64,000 nucleotides of DNA. It comes from Octopus sinensis. Taxonomy: Eukaryota. Positions 50,002 through 64,000 of this stretch are shown piece by piece. Every line of letters starts with the position of its first letter. The first letter of the stretch is position 1. The position numbers were made by a program, and so were the translations under genes. The notes under the pieces were generated by a model that worked only from the letters and a program-made list of their open reading frames with translations, made no database searches and was not told the origin of the DNA. The stretch is taken from positions 13,950,001-14,014,000 of the forward strand of contig NC_043007.1 in NCBI RefSeq assembly GCF_006345805.1, written 5' to 3'.

Positions 50002-51619
50002 AACTGCAACTTCTGGTTCTTGTATTTTGTAAGTGGATTTTTTACTATTCACCAAATTGAGCAGAAATATCTGGGATACATTAGTTGTGTGTGTGTGGTG
50101 GGGGCTGATAAATGAAATATTTAGAGAGAGGGAGAGAGAGAGAAGCAGATAAATGTTTACAAAAAGAAGCTAAAATGATTGTGCCAAGTAAAGTTGGGGG
50201 GGTGGGATATGAATTATCTCCTTATAATAGTGGTCTGTGCTTATTGCAATTGTTGTATAATATATATTAAACGATAACTGTTTCATTAATTTTTATTTTA
50301 TTTATTCAGTTTTTTTTTTTGCTTTTTTAAATATTTTATACTTCACTATCCACCCCCAACAATACACCCACTCACCCTGATAGATGTGTTTATTTTTTTT
50401 TTTATGAAATTTGAAAAAAAATTTTTTTTAATTATCGTAGGCTAAGAGGAACATTTTCTTCAGATTGAATTTTTTTTTTTCTTTTGTTTAAAAATGTTTT
50501 ACATCCTTTTTCCCCCCTTATACAAAAACAAAAATGACGGTATTATTGAAAATATGAATATAATTTATTTTTAAATATAAATTTTGGATTTTTTTTTTTG
50601 TGTATATGTATACATGGGTGTGTTTGTTAACGGCAGTTACATAAGACAGTGAAATTTAACAAAAACAACAAAATATCATTTTAAGAACAGGAAAATATAA
50701 ATACAGGTTACAAAAAAAAATATTAAAGCATAAAAAAAAATGGGCCAACAAGGTGAAAGCAAGCAGTTTTTGCTAATTGGTAATTTTGTATAAGACTATG
50801 GGGCGGTCACAAAATGTGCAATATAGAAATTATTTTTCACTGACTAATTGGTGTCTATTAATCAATCATAATCTTATTCCCTCTTATATATATAAATATA
50901 TGTAAAAATATATATGTATATATATATCAAGAACAACAATAATAATAATAATAGTAATGATAATAATAATAAACAAAAGGGTTCAACGCATGTTACATAA
51001 CGATATCAGTTTTAATAACATTGTTGTAAGTATTTCTCTCTTGTAAATTTGTATTACCTGTTTTACTTAGTTCTGTGTTTACCTTTGGCTCCCAAATAAT
51101 CTCTGGGATTTACACCTTCATACACACCTTCATATTATATAATAGATATGTATACAAATTCTCTTTTCTCTGCCCACCTATTTTGAAGTTTTCAATCTAC
51201 CTTTGCCTCCCTTCTCACTTCGTTTGTTGTAAGACACATACACATTCGCACACACCTGTGTTTCTATTATAAGGAAAAACCCTTTTATTTTATAATTCAT
51301 GTGTGTTAAATAGTTTTATTTTCTTTTAGTTGCTATAACTTAGATTTGATAAAGTGTTCTCATTAATCAGCTGCTCTCCCTCTCTTTCTCTCTCTCTCCA
51401 TTTCCTTATCATCAATACCCACCCTGCTTTGCACTGCTCCAAGCCCTTTTGTGCTGCCCACTGCCAATGTTAACACCATATAGTTGCTTCAACCCTAATA
51501 GTTACCAACTCTGAAAAAAAGAAAATGTGCTAACAGCAGCACTATCATTGTTTATTTATTTTTTTTATTTATTTTTATTTTTTTTGTTTCTTAGAAGAAA
51601 AATGTTTGTTGATATTTTT

Positions 51620-52200
51620 TTACTCCTAAAAATGGAGCTGTTAGTTTCTAATATGATGCCCAAGGGATGAAATATACTCCAGCCTATAGCTTCTAATAAT
51701 TCCAAACCAATACATATATACATACATACAAATATATATATATATATTTATATATGTATTCCTTGCTATAGATTCTAATAACCATACCACAGAGATGAAA
51801 AATATACTCCTTGTTATAATTTCTAATAACACTCAACAGAGATGAAAAATACACTCTCTAATTATCGTTTCTAATAATGCATCACACCAGAGATGAAGAC
51901 ATCTTCCTATAATTTCTAATAATATCCATGAGTTAATATACTCCTTGCTATAATTTCTAATATCAATTTATCAGATATACTCCTGTCTATAATTTCTAAT
52001 ACTCCTTCTTACAGAGCTGAAATATACTCCTGGTTATAGAGTTTCTAATAAGCCTTTTAAAGAGCTGAATTGTTCTATTGGCTATAGTTTCTAATAAACC
52101 CTGTACAGATACAAAGTTTACTCCTTTGCTTTGCTATAGTTTCCAACAAACTCTTTATAGACATTAAAAATGTACTCCTGGCTCTAGTTTCTAATACGTC
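51620..52200. repeat. Old degenerate minisatellite, ~47-bp unit, 12 copies
   Basis: TTCTAAT anchors at 51646, 51691, 51773, 51821, 51869, 51914, 51955, 51994, 52043, 52089, 52141 (TTCCAAC) and 52189; consensus about AGAGATGAAATATACTCCTTGCTATAGTTTCTAATAA plus a variable linker. Confidence 0.85.
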
Positions 52201-53076
52201 ACCCAACACATTCTCCTTGTATTTCTTATTTACCAAACATAACGGTTGGTAAATCATAAATGTAAATGACATTTTTTTTTTATATATATATATTTTTTTT
52301 TACCTTTATTAATGTTGCTCTTTCATTAATCTGGAAACTGTGCAAAAAGACAAAAAAAAAAGTATTACATCTGAGGGTGCGGGTTATGTGAATGTCACAC
52401 CTTGGAATGTGTTGTGGCTTACATTCATTGCCCACCCCTCCTTCCCATTCTTAGACTCAATCTTCCATGTCAGGGTTCAGATCTGGGGTCGTCTTAAACT
52501 TAAGACTCCCATCAAGGGTGTATCAGTATTTTGGTGGTGGTGGTCGTGGTGGTTGTGGTCGTGGTGGTAGATTAAAAACAAGGGAGGGTGCTTTTAGTTT
52601 TTTTTTATTGTATTTTTATATTAATTTAGGTTCTCCCTTTTTGTACGTTTGTTTTATATACCCCCCTCCATTCTCATCCCCTTCTCCACCACCAGCTGCA
52701 GTACTCAATATTGATATAATTATTCTAATTAATATATTTATATTGATTAATCTAAATTGGTTTTAAATTCTAATTTTTCCTCTTTTTTTTTTTTGGTGGT
52801 ATTAGAAAAATGTAGATTAGAGCACCACCCACCTCCCTCTCTTCCCTTGTTCCTCTTCTCTTCATAGTTTTTATCAGTCATCATCATCATCATCATAGTC
52901 ATTAGGCAATGTGGTGGTGGAGGAGGAGGAGGCTAGTGGTCAAGTTCTCAATGAGCCAGATTCCATCTCTGGTCCAGTTTAATCCAGCCAGATCTGGAGT
53001 AGTGATGAACACCACATATTCCCATCACCCTCTCTCCCTCCTTCTTAGTACATCCATCATTTCTAATTCCTATCAT

Positions 53077-53109
<33 letters not shown>

Positions 53110-54618
53110 TATTTTCGTTGTTGTTGTTGTTGTTGCTGTTGTGACAGGCCAGTGGATGGATGCAGTGAGAGGAAAAAATACTATATCTTGGTGTGAATGG
53201 AATTTGCAGCCCGGTTTTAATTGAGTTCCGTGACAGAGGGGATGGGAGTGGAGGTGGAGAGGAAGATGCTTTGCTTAACGATGATGCCGCTTCGTTATTC
53301 CTTAGAAAAAGGCATAAACATCACAACTTCTCACTGGTACACGATTTCAATTGTCAGTATGTTTTTATTGGAATTTCATCTTCAACAGATGGCCTTCTTC
53401 TCTCTTGCCCCTTCCTTTCTCCTAATAATCCCTTTCTTTCTTTCTTCCACCACCACCACCACTACTGCCACCAACCTAATCCCCCCACCCTCCACCCTTG
53501 TTGTACCCAGATTTTTAAGGGCTTCCCCCTTGGTGTAGTGCTCTGTTCACAAAGGGTCTGTAATCAAGGAAATATGTTTACCAGTGTATTTTCTTGACTA
53601 ACAATGCAGCTTTTCTTGAAAGCACAAGTTCTACATTTTTTTTTATATATACAAATATATATATATAATTATTATTATTATTACTATTATCATTATCTTT
53701 GTGTGTGTGTGTGTGTGTTTTTGTTTTTTTTTTAATTAATAATTAAAAATTCTTTAATAGTAAACGACAAATCAAGAATTGTCTAGCGGAAAAAATAAAA
53801 TAAAATAAAAAAACAACAAAAAATAGTTCTTGTCAGTATGGTTGTTTGTTATGCTGTTGTTTGTTTCTTCGATTTTTTTTTTTTTGGTCCTCCACTCCTA
53901 CCCCACACCTCTCACACTCTCTCTTTCTTTCTTTGGTCCTTATTTTTCCAATATTTTGTCAACTGGGCAATTTCTGGAATATCTGTCTATTTGGTGTTTT
54001 AGAAATATTACAAGAAAAAAAAAAAAGACTCATTTTTCTCTCTTGAAAGGTAAAAAAAAAATCTTATTTTTCTATTAAAAAACAGAAATGTGTAAAAAAA
54101 ATTACAAAACAAAACAAAAAACTTGGATTGTTCACTTCCAGTTTAATTCATTTATTTATTACTATTATTATTATTATCATTATTATGTGGTGTTTTTTCT
54201 TTTTTTTCTCTATCTTCTACCCCACCCCACTTATGTTTCAATTTATAAAGACTTCGAGAGAAAAATATACACGACAAAATTTTAACTTCGTTGCTTGTCT
54301 AATCAACAAATCTGTCTAATCACTTTTTTTTTTAATCAATGAGGGGAAATTTATTTTAATTTTTTTTTTCTTTAATGTAAGGTCTAAGGGCTGAAGATCT
54401 GGCTAATATGGGTTCAGCCTTTGACCTTTTTTCTGCCATTCTGGACTTATTCTTCCAGTGATATTATTTTATTTGCGACATGTTTTTATATTATCATTAT
54501 TATTATTACTATTATTATTGCAAAACTCATTAACAACAAAATAAAACTGAATCAAATTTATAATGTTCTGTCATTTGATAAGGCTCTATGAATTAAGCAC
54601 TATATGTGTATGTATGTA

Positions 54619-54660
<42 letters not shown>

Positions 54661-56443
54661 TATAATTAGCCTATTTACAGATATATATTTAGGTGTAGGC
54701 ACAAATACAAATGTTTGTACGTATGAATTTATTATTCTTATATAAAGTAAAATTCCCTTTCTTGCCAAGTGGACATTTTACAGAACTGTTCTTTCAGCTC
54801 TTTGAAAAAAGGAAAATAGAAGACACACACATTTTAGCACACACACACACACACACAGAGTAAAACAAGACCAACTATAAAAACTAAGAAATACTTGCCA
54901 CTATGAATTTTTGATTCCTTATTCAAGCAATTTTATTCTCTAAAGTTAATTTGAATTCACAAATGTTCCAATGTTCAACATTATATATATGTATATATAT
55001 ATATATGTATATATGCGTGTGTTTTGCACATGCGTAAACACAACACTTAGCAACAGAAGACATACATGCAATTCAAAGTTTGTTGTTTTTTTTCTCAGGA
55101 ACAGTGGCCATAATGCAGAGCTAATTAAAAGTAGTAATGAGTATTTGTACTTTTAAATCTTGATGTGTGTGAGGGTTAGGGCTGACTGACCATCTTTGCC
55201 ACTGGGGTAAACACAAAAACTGCCTGTTCTGTTGAGATGGGTTGCTGGCAGTGAAGAAAGCAGTCTTATCATTTACTGTCTAATAAATAATCGAACAGGC
55301 ATGTGCTCACACATGCTCTGATATTTCAACAAAACACATTTGTAAAATTAATTTTGTGTATTATTTAAATATAAGAACATTTTAAAAATATCATAAGGAT
55401 GCATGAAAACAAGTGTGTATCACCTCATTACACAGAAATATTTTTTATGGTTAATATTATGAGAATATTTTCATCATGATGATGGTGGTGGGGTGGGGTG
55501 GGAAATGTGTAAGGATGAGGAAAGAAAAAGCGATAAAATAATAATAATGATGATGATGATGATGAAGATGATAACTGCAATTGCCGGTCAACAAAGTTTA
55601 TGTAAAAGGGTGCACTAGAAAAACCCATTGATTGTTCAGAGTCTAAGGATACGTGCTAGGGGACAACATGGGTATTTCTGGACAATAAAACAAGCACTTC
55701 TATGATTATTATCATTATTATTATTATTGGAGTGGTATGGCTAATATATATATAAATGTATATATGTATGTGTATATATATATATATATATAAATGTATA
55801 TATGTATGTGTATATATATATATATATAAATGTATATATGTATGTGTATATATATATATTACTTTTTCTTTTGTTTGTTTCCTTTGCGCAAAATACAAAA
55901 ATGTAAAGAATAAAATAAAAAAGAATTTGAAACAAAACAAACAACATGCAAAATACCACTCAGTTTGATGTAAAAGAGAGACCCAAATCTAGAAACTCAT
56001 CAGCCAAGAAAATATAAATTTAACTGAAGAAGTGTAATAATAATAATAATAATGATAATAATAATAATCCATGTTAATGTCATTATGCCATAATGTGATT
56101 CCAAAAATGCGCTGCTCTAATAGTGATTCCAATTGGCCGGAAAAAAAAAACTACATACCATCGGACTAATAATGTTGGGTTGTATGTATTATATTTTCGC
56201 TTTGGTATCACCACAATGTTCTATGCTAGTACTTCCCTTGATTTTCTTCTAATATTTTTCCCTCTCCCCACTTCCACCTCTCTCTCTCTCTCTCTACAAT
56301 GGTGACATCTGTGAGTGTGTGATTGATACAAAGCATGTAGAATATATATTTCTTTATATATTGTGTTTATCTTGATTCTGGCCAGACTCACTGCTATTAT
56401 ATAATTAGTATAGCGTACTGATTGTCATTTGTTTATGAACATA

Positions 56444-56509
<66 letters not shown>

Positions 56510-56574
56510 GCATATATATATATATATGCATATATATATATATATATGCATATATATATATATATGCATATACA

Positions 56575-56605
<31 letters not shown>

Positions 56606-59600
56606 TATACGTTGTGTATATGTGGGCACACAACTTTTATTTTCTGTCAAATGGCCTTTTGTATAGTATTAACAATACACTCATGAATCCTGTTCCCCAA
56701 ATACATTCAATAATTGATTGATTGATTGATCATGTAAAACTTACCACCCACCCTTAAAATCCCCCCCCGCTCCTCTTCTGCTTCTCTGTAAAGTACTTTT
56801 TTTATTCCCTCTTCCTGTGGTTTCAGTTCATAAGTTATTGCTACACACATACATATAGATAGATAAATAGATAGATATGATACGATATATTATATGATCT
56901 ATGTGATATCAAATAGAGGAGGAGGGGAAATGATAAATAAAGAATTACTGCTCTTTATTTCTTTTTCTTTATTTATATATATTTTTTTTTGTAGTTTTTA
57001 TTTAAATTTTTTTTTGGGGGTTCACTCCTTTTCTCCCCTCCTTCTCCAAATAAGTCTTCTTTTCACTAATGTCTGTATGATTTAAGAATGGTCGATTTTG
57101 TGATAAACATGACTTCTGTTAATTGTACCTTTTTCTGTCTGTTTTTTTTTTTTTGTTTTGTTTATTCTGATCATCTCACTTAGAATTAGCACAGATTAGT
57201 ATGGTGTGCATATGTGAGTATACATACATACATATATATGTATATATATACACATGCACACACACACACATCTATACATCCAATGATCACCTTCTGATGT
57301 CACCAATTAGTGAATGAGTGCATAGCATGCATGTGTGTATGGGTTTATGTATGCACGTACGTGAGTGTGTTTGTATCTATTCTACCTGTGTGATTTAGAC
57401 TCACTGTATATTTTATTTTTTATTTTAAACCTTTTTAAAATTCATTTTTACACCTTGTGCTCAAAAAAAAAAAAATCTTAAAAGAAGAAAAAAAAAACTT
57501 TAAAAACATAATATTCTGAACCAATTTGTAATAGTCTTGTTGGTACATTAGTATGTATACTGCAGGACGTTGAAAGATATCTTGCATTCCTGTTGCATTT
57601 TGGTTGATGTCACATCTTGTATTTGTATTGGAAAAAACCATATCTGGGGGAAAAAAATTTTTTTTGAATAACTATGTAATTATTATTATCCACTATGTCA
57701 AATCTACATCTATGTAATCTTATTTCTACCAATGTTAAAATAATTATGATGATGATGATGATCATTTTTTTTTTTAAATCTATAATTAAATTTTTTAAAA
57801 AATTTAATAACAAAGCAGATGAAAAATGTTTTTGTTTTTTTTTGTGTGTCTTTTTCATCTGTATTGGAAGACAAACAACAAAAAAATTTGGTATTTCAAA
57901 ATCAAATATTCCTGTGGTGGTGATTTCCGTTTTAAAAATATGTGACATCTTCTGCCCGATGCCCTGTCAAATGTTTACGTACTACAACTACTACTACTAC
58001 TAATAATAATAATAATAATAACAATAATGATATGAGAGATATAATGGTATGTTTGATGCCTGTTATATAACTCTGTATACAAACTTGTTCTTCCAATATT
58101 AAAAATAATAATTATGATAAAAGAAAAAAAAAAGAAAGAAAAAAAGAAAAACACACACACACTAAGCTCCATTCTTCCATTCATGCCATATTTAACATTT
58201 CAAAAATAGACAATAATAATAATAATAATACAATCATACAATTTGATAACGAACCTTTGGAATGTGTATTACACTTTTACCTGAAGAAGGGACAAGAATG
58301 AAAAAAAGAAAACAAATGATACAATATGAAAAAAAAACAGTATTTTTTCTTTTTAAATATTAAGATATCTAAAATATATAAATATATATATATGTATATA
58401 TATATATATACATATATATATATAATGACATTACATCAACAAAGATCATTACATATTCATGGAAGAAGGAAGCATTCTGGTTTTTGTTTGTTTTTTTTAT
58501 TTATTTTTTTTTTTATTATTCCTTTGAAGGTTTCTCAAATCTAAGATTGGAGATCTTGTTACCCAGTCTTTATTCTTTATTCTTTATTCAGCTTGTACAG
58601 AAAATTTCAACAAAACTTCTGTGCATCACGATGATGATGATGATGATGATAACTTTTTTTTTAAAGTTTGCATGTGTGTATGTATGTATGTACATGCGTG
58701 TATGTGTGTGTGTGTGTCTTGACTCTTATTCTTTCAAAACATTGATTTGAGAATTAGTTCTTACTATATGGTGCTCACAATAAAAAAAAACATTTGTCTT
58801 CTCCTTTTTCACAAATTTCTCATAGTTCTTTTTTTTTTTTCAATGTGTTCTTATATATATATATGTATATATGTGTGTGTATATATATATATATATATAT
58901 GTATATATAATATACACACATACATGGTTGTGTATTCCTGATAAAGATGAGAGTGAGATTGGTGCAATGTATGTTTGAATGTGATACACTGTATGATTTG
59001 TGTGAATATTGAATATAAAGGTCCCCTTGAAAAAAAAAAGGGGATTTGCACCTGTTCTGCTTAATAGTCCCCACCCCCAATTCCATGTGACCCCAAACCA
59101 ATATAAACAATAAGGAATGGAATTTTTTGTTTGTTTTTTTTTTGTTTTTTTTTTTACTTTTTTCATAAATTTAATTTTAAAAAAAAAAACTTGTTTCTCC
59201 TTAATTTATTATTCCTCCACCCCCACCACTGTTCTCTTTCCCCCTACCCCCACGCCCCACCACCCCACAACTCGACCTATGACATCATCAATGTTTTTCT
59301 TTCCAACCATAGCATGTCCCCCTTCCCCCCTTTGTCTTTCAATGTATTTGTAGTAAAATGACTGTTGTAAAAACGACGACACCATCTGACCTACTGTGTC
59401 ACTTCCACACCTAAGCACTGTATGACGTTTTAAACAATAAAATACAAATATATATATATATCTGTCTTTTTTTTCTCTCTCTCTCTCGTTTCTCTTCCTC
59501 ATCCCCTCTTTCTTAGAGTCACATAAGGCATATATATGCGAAAATGGTTATATATAAAATGCTAACGAAAGAGCCGTAAATAAAAATATATTTTACATAG

Positions 59601-59751
59601 TTCCAGTGCCAATGCTGTTTGATATAGAACAACCTGTTTGATAGAGGAGATAGAAATATTTGTTATATCAAAAAAATTGGCTCAGAATTTCACCCTTGGC
59701 TGTTCATGATAGTTGTGAAGAGCCAAAGAATAGATGCCCAACTTTTGACAT

Positions 59752-59813
<62 letters not shown>

Positions 59814-60594
59814 GTGTGCGTATGTGTTAGTTTGTCTGAAGAATTTAGAAACTCCAAGACCTGAAATAAAATTTTTTGACCCACTGTTTACATGCTCTTA
59901 TACATAGCTTTATCTACTTTGAATTCCACCATTGGAAACAATTTACCAATATGTACATATGTTACTAGTCTTCTGTAGAATTTTATTGAATTTCAAGAAC
60001 TGCTTGCATTAAATACCTCAGCCAATGAACGGGGCTTCTACATAGTCAGTCTTCCAGCTCATTGAAATAGCTACAATTTCCTCAACCAATTTCACTATCC
60101 TCTTTGAAAAGCAAGATCCACGATCCGTGATCCTTGGAACATCATGTCCCACCAACACCACCAAATTGGCTAGGCATATTGGATGTACCGTTCTTCTTAT
60201 TAACCTTTCCTAAGAAGTAAATACAGCAACAAACATTTCTGAATAACACCCTAGGCTCATTGTTTTAAATAAATGTCGCCTCAGGTTTTGATCTCTATCA
60301 TTTCAACCCCTGACTGCTTCCACTCACAAATCAACAAATATCCAGTGGAAAATTATATGGTTATGAAAACGTATTTACAAGAAATACACAGCTTTCTTTG
60401 TGTTATCGTTATTCACTTTTATTCATAATACTCTGTCTCTTAATCTCATGCAATACAGAGATTATTAATGGTCAAATATTTAGTAACTTGATTTGCTATT
60501 AGCTGAAGTAAGGGAACGCATATGCACACACAAGATAATAAATATATCCACTTCACTTCTTCCAACATGGGAAATTGATATTTTCACTTTCAGG

Positions 60595-60641
<47 letters not shown>

Positions 60642-61275
60642 GGTGGCAAGCTGGCAGAATTGTTAATGCGTTGGACGAAATGCTTAACAGTATTTCGCCT
60701 GTCGTTACATTCTGAGTTCAAATTCCACTGAGGTTGACTCTACCTTTCATCTTTTCAGGGTCAATGAAATAAATACCTGTGAAATACTGGGGTCGTCAAT
60801 GCAACTGACTAACCCCTCCCCGCAAAATTTCAGGCCTTGTGCCTTTAGTAGAAAGGATCATCATTATTATTATTATTATTAAGGCAGCAAGCTCGTAGAA
60901 TCATTAGCATGCCAGGCAAAACGCTTAGCAGCATTTTGTCTAACTTATTCTGAGTTCAAGTGCTACCGGGGTCAACTTTGCCTTTCATTCTTTCAGGGTT
61001 GGGATCAGTGTAATTGACTATCCCCTTGCCCCAAATTTCAGGCCTTGTGCCTACTGTAGAAAGGATTATTATTAGAATGGCTGAACCATTAGAATATAGG
61101 GAAAAATCTTATGGATATTTGGTCTGGATTTTTACATTCTGTGTTCAAATTCCACTGAGATCAGCTTCACCTTTCATCTCTCCAGGGTCCGTAATATAAA
61201 GTAGCACTCGAGTACTGAAGTTGATTTAATCGACTAACCCTCCGCACAACTATTTCTGGCATTGTGCCTGTGTTA
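60642..61275 (+). mobile_element. Three consecutive family A SINEs separated by (TTA)n
   Basis: Heads at ~60642, 60883 and 61078, each followed by B box, core and GCCTTGTGCC-type tail; the third copy is more decayed. Confidence 0.85.
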
Positions 61276-62084
61276 AACAACTATTCTTGTTGTAATGTGA
61301 ACGTAAAAAAGGCTCACGGTTTAGTTTCAGTTTTTCACCGAAACCCCTTCACCTCCATATCCATGCCCTCAGAGCAAGTATGAACATCCAGCTTTGCCTT
61401 TTCTTTAAGCTCCTGAGCTTTGCGCCTGGGTAGCACACTATTATTATTATTATTATTACAATGAGATTAACGTAGTATATGGGAAACTAATCAACTAATC
61501 CCTCATGGTTTCAGTTCTGCATTGGAATCATTTCACATCACTTGCATTGTTAATATCCTTGAGATAAGTATAAACAAAGCAACTTCTGTAGCTGCTGCCC
61601 TCAATCAACCAATCTTATAGCTTTCTACTTCAGCTACACATTATTAGCTGTAAGCTGGAGAGAGAAGAAAAATGCTACTTAAGACATGTATGTCACAAGT
61701 TTCATATTTCTTTCTCATATCTCTCTGTACCCTGATTTTTGGTTTCATTTAAAATTATATATTGCTCTGGGAATTTAAATGTTTGTTTAGTTGTTTTGCT
61801 CGTCTCATCTTAAACATTTGGTTAACTCTATAAAAATATATTTAGATAAGTAACTGGATAGACGTATATCATTCTATAAGGTCATTCACCCAAGCAATGA
61901 TTTAACGCTGACGAATAAGCTAGTTCTGGTTCGATCAATGTAAGAGATCGGGGCTCTTTTTTACCCCTCACATTGCCAAAAACTTTATATTTCTTGTCAA
62001 ATTCCCTTTTAGTTTATATATGAGAACCCCACATGTAAACTTCTACATCTTCAGACATTATGTCCCACAAAGATGGTATATAAT

Positions 62085-62315
62085 GGCGGCGAGCTGGCAG
62101 AAACGTTAGCACACCGGGCGAAATGCGTAGCCGTATTTCGTCTGCTGTTACATTCTGAGTTCAAATTCAGCCGAGGTTGACTTTGCCTTTCATCCTTTCG
62201 GAGTCGATAAAATAAGTACCAGTTATGCACTGGGGTCGATTTAATCGACTTAATCCATTTGTCTGTCCTTGTTTGTCCCCTCTGTGTTTAGCCCCTTGTG
62301 GGTAGTAAAGAAATA
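62085..62315 (+). mobile_element. Full-length young family A SINE with 10-bp TSD
   Basis: GGCGGCGAGCTGGCAGAAACGTTAGC...GTAGTAAAGAAATA; TSD GGTATATAAT at 62075-62084 and 62316-62325. Confidence 0.93.
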
Positions 62316-64000
62316 GGTATATAATCGCAGCTAAGAGATACAGATAAAATGCTTTATCTAGACAGTTGTCTAATTTAGATGTTCAATGAGAGCTAATTAA
62401 AAATTAACGGGCAGTTCGTTAACTTCAAAAAGCTTTGAGAGGTGACAAAAGCTAGTTAAGAATATGTGGATGGTTTAGCATTTTGTGGGCCATAGAAGAG
62501 AAGAGCTGTTGGCACTGGTAGTTCAGTCTGTTGTTAAAAATAAGATTCTATATCGAACAGATTTGAGTGTCTTAGAGAAGGAATGTTAGAATATATATAT
62601 ATGGCAAATAAATCAATACAATGACTGTTTGATTATTATAGATGATTTCTCTTTATTACAACCATTTATCTAGCTTTTATGTTGTATGGTCTCTCTTCTT
62701 TTTAATCCTGTGTAGAAGTGAAAAGAAAAGCAAATGTCACATGACCTGGAAATTCTTTCTGTATAAAAAAAACAAAACAAAACTCTGATTCATCTCTTTA
62801 ATTCTTTAACAGTCTGGTTCCCAGCAACTAAGGAATGAGATCTTGATTCAGAAATTTCCACTATTAAATCTCTGGATGTTTTCTGTTTATATTTAAATGT
62901 GTCTATCTATCTACCTATCTATCTATCTATCTATCTATCTCTCTGTCTATCTATCTATCTATCTATGTGTGTATGTACATACATACGTACATACATACTC
63001 TTATGTATGAATTGTGGTCAAATGTAATGTCATTTCTCTCGGTTCAATAAATTTCTAATATTTCTGAAATTCTTGTAAGTTTCAGCTGACAGCTTATTCA
63101 ACCAGATTGAACAAGCCATCAGACCAAACTTCAAACTCCCAATCAACATGAGTTTTTTGTCATAAATGTAAACTCTACTCTCAGTATTGAATCCACCTTC
63201 TCTTCCCCACCACCATCACTAAATGTTCTGCTGTTATAACTTTAATTTAACATTTAGATAAAACATTATCCACCTTTTCTTGGAGTGTTCGGCTCTTACT
63301 TGTACTGTACATACCCCCACCATCACCACCATCACCATCACCACCATCATCAATACTACTGACTCCTTTCTAATATTTATCTATTTCTCTTTTTTTTGTT
63401 ATTTTTACCAATGTATCTTTCTGTGACTCCAAAATCATTCTTCCACCTTACATTTTTACCTCATTCGCTCTTCCGAAATAATCCATTTTGGCAAGACCAT
63501 TGACAGAACACATAGCATGTTTGATACCTTGCCGTGATTATCTCCCCTTTATTTGCATTCTCTAATTGTGAAAATGGAAAAAAAATTAATCAATTGCCTC
63601 ACAGAAAAGGTCGAGAATATTTCATCTGCATCATTTTGTTATTTATTTAACTTTTTTTTTTGTTTTTTGGGGTGTTTTTATTTTTTTCCAGCTTAATTAT
63701 TTTTCTAATATCACCCACTCTGCTCTCCCACTGCCCCTCCTTCCTCTCCATACCCTACCACTACCACCTCAACAAAACAAACAAAAAAAAAGATCATTAA
63801 ACTCTTTTACTGAAAATAGTTTTTTGGGTTCTTTTTTGGTATTTTTTTTCAAGTTTTTATTCCCCCTTTTTTGAAAAATTTAATTTGTTATTTTTTGAAC
63901 TTCCCATTCTCTCTCTCTCTCTCTCTCTCTCTCTGCTAATTAATTTCCTCAACTGTAATATTACTCCTACATGTTTCTAATCATATATATGTATACATAT

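Noticed and set aside
52909-53597. ORFs of 95-134 aa on + and an ~86-codon open frame on -
   Set aside because: Driven by CAT/GTT/CAC triplet repeats; no recognisable domain.
60018-60210. Minus-strand frame containing VPRITDRGSCFSK, reminiscent of a Gypsy integrase TDRGSQF motif
   Set aside because: The flanking residues do not match the integrase core and there is no other retroelement sequence nearby; a tBLASTn/HMM search would be needed.
1389-61199. Roughly 200 short ORFs in the supplied track
   Set aside because: They are translations of TA/CA/GA/TAA microsatellites, SINEs or the antisense of the BCL11 exon (38145-38405, 38859-39071); many use GTG/TTG starts and show no domain signal.

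Overview
Eukaryotic, AT-rich, microsatellite-dense DNA whose SINE/MITE families and TA/CA/TAA repeat load look like an Octopus (coleoid cephalopod) genome; the species call is an inference from repeat content. The only supportable protein-coding gene is a BCL11A/B (CTIP) orthologue. Its large terminal exon with six zinc fingers is on the + strand (37183-39131). Its first coding exon (MSRRKQGKPQ, NuRD-recruiting motif, ending at a GTAAGT donor) is on the MINUS strand (20065-20014), on the other side of a 100-N scaffold gap (23176-23275). I could not find the CCHC-finger exon that should lie between them. The likeliest explanation is a mis-oriented contig, but a real inversion or a paralog pair needs excluding. 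The rest is non-coding: tRNA-head SINEs, piggyBac-like, Merlin-like and Helitron-like non-autonomous elements, a deleted mariner, a 12-copy 166-bp SINE-derived satellite, 60-bp and ~47-bp minisatellites, an ~810-bp tandem duplication, a decayed hammerhead-like motif, and two long nearly transposon-free stretches. All other ORFs in the track look like microsatellite or low-complexity noise. All alignments were done by eye.
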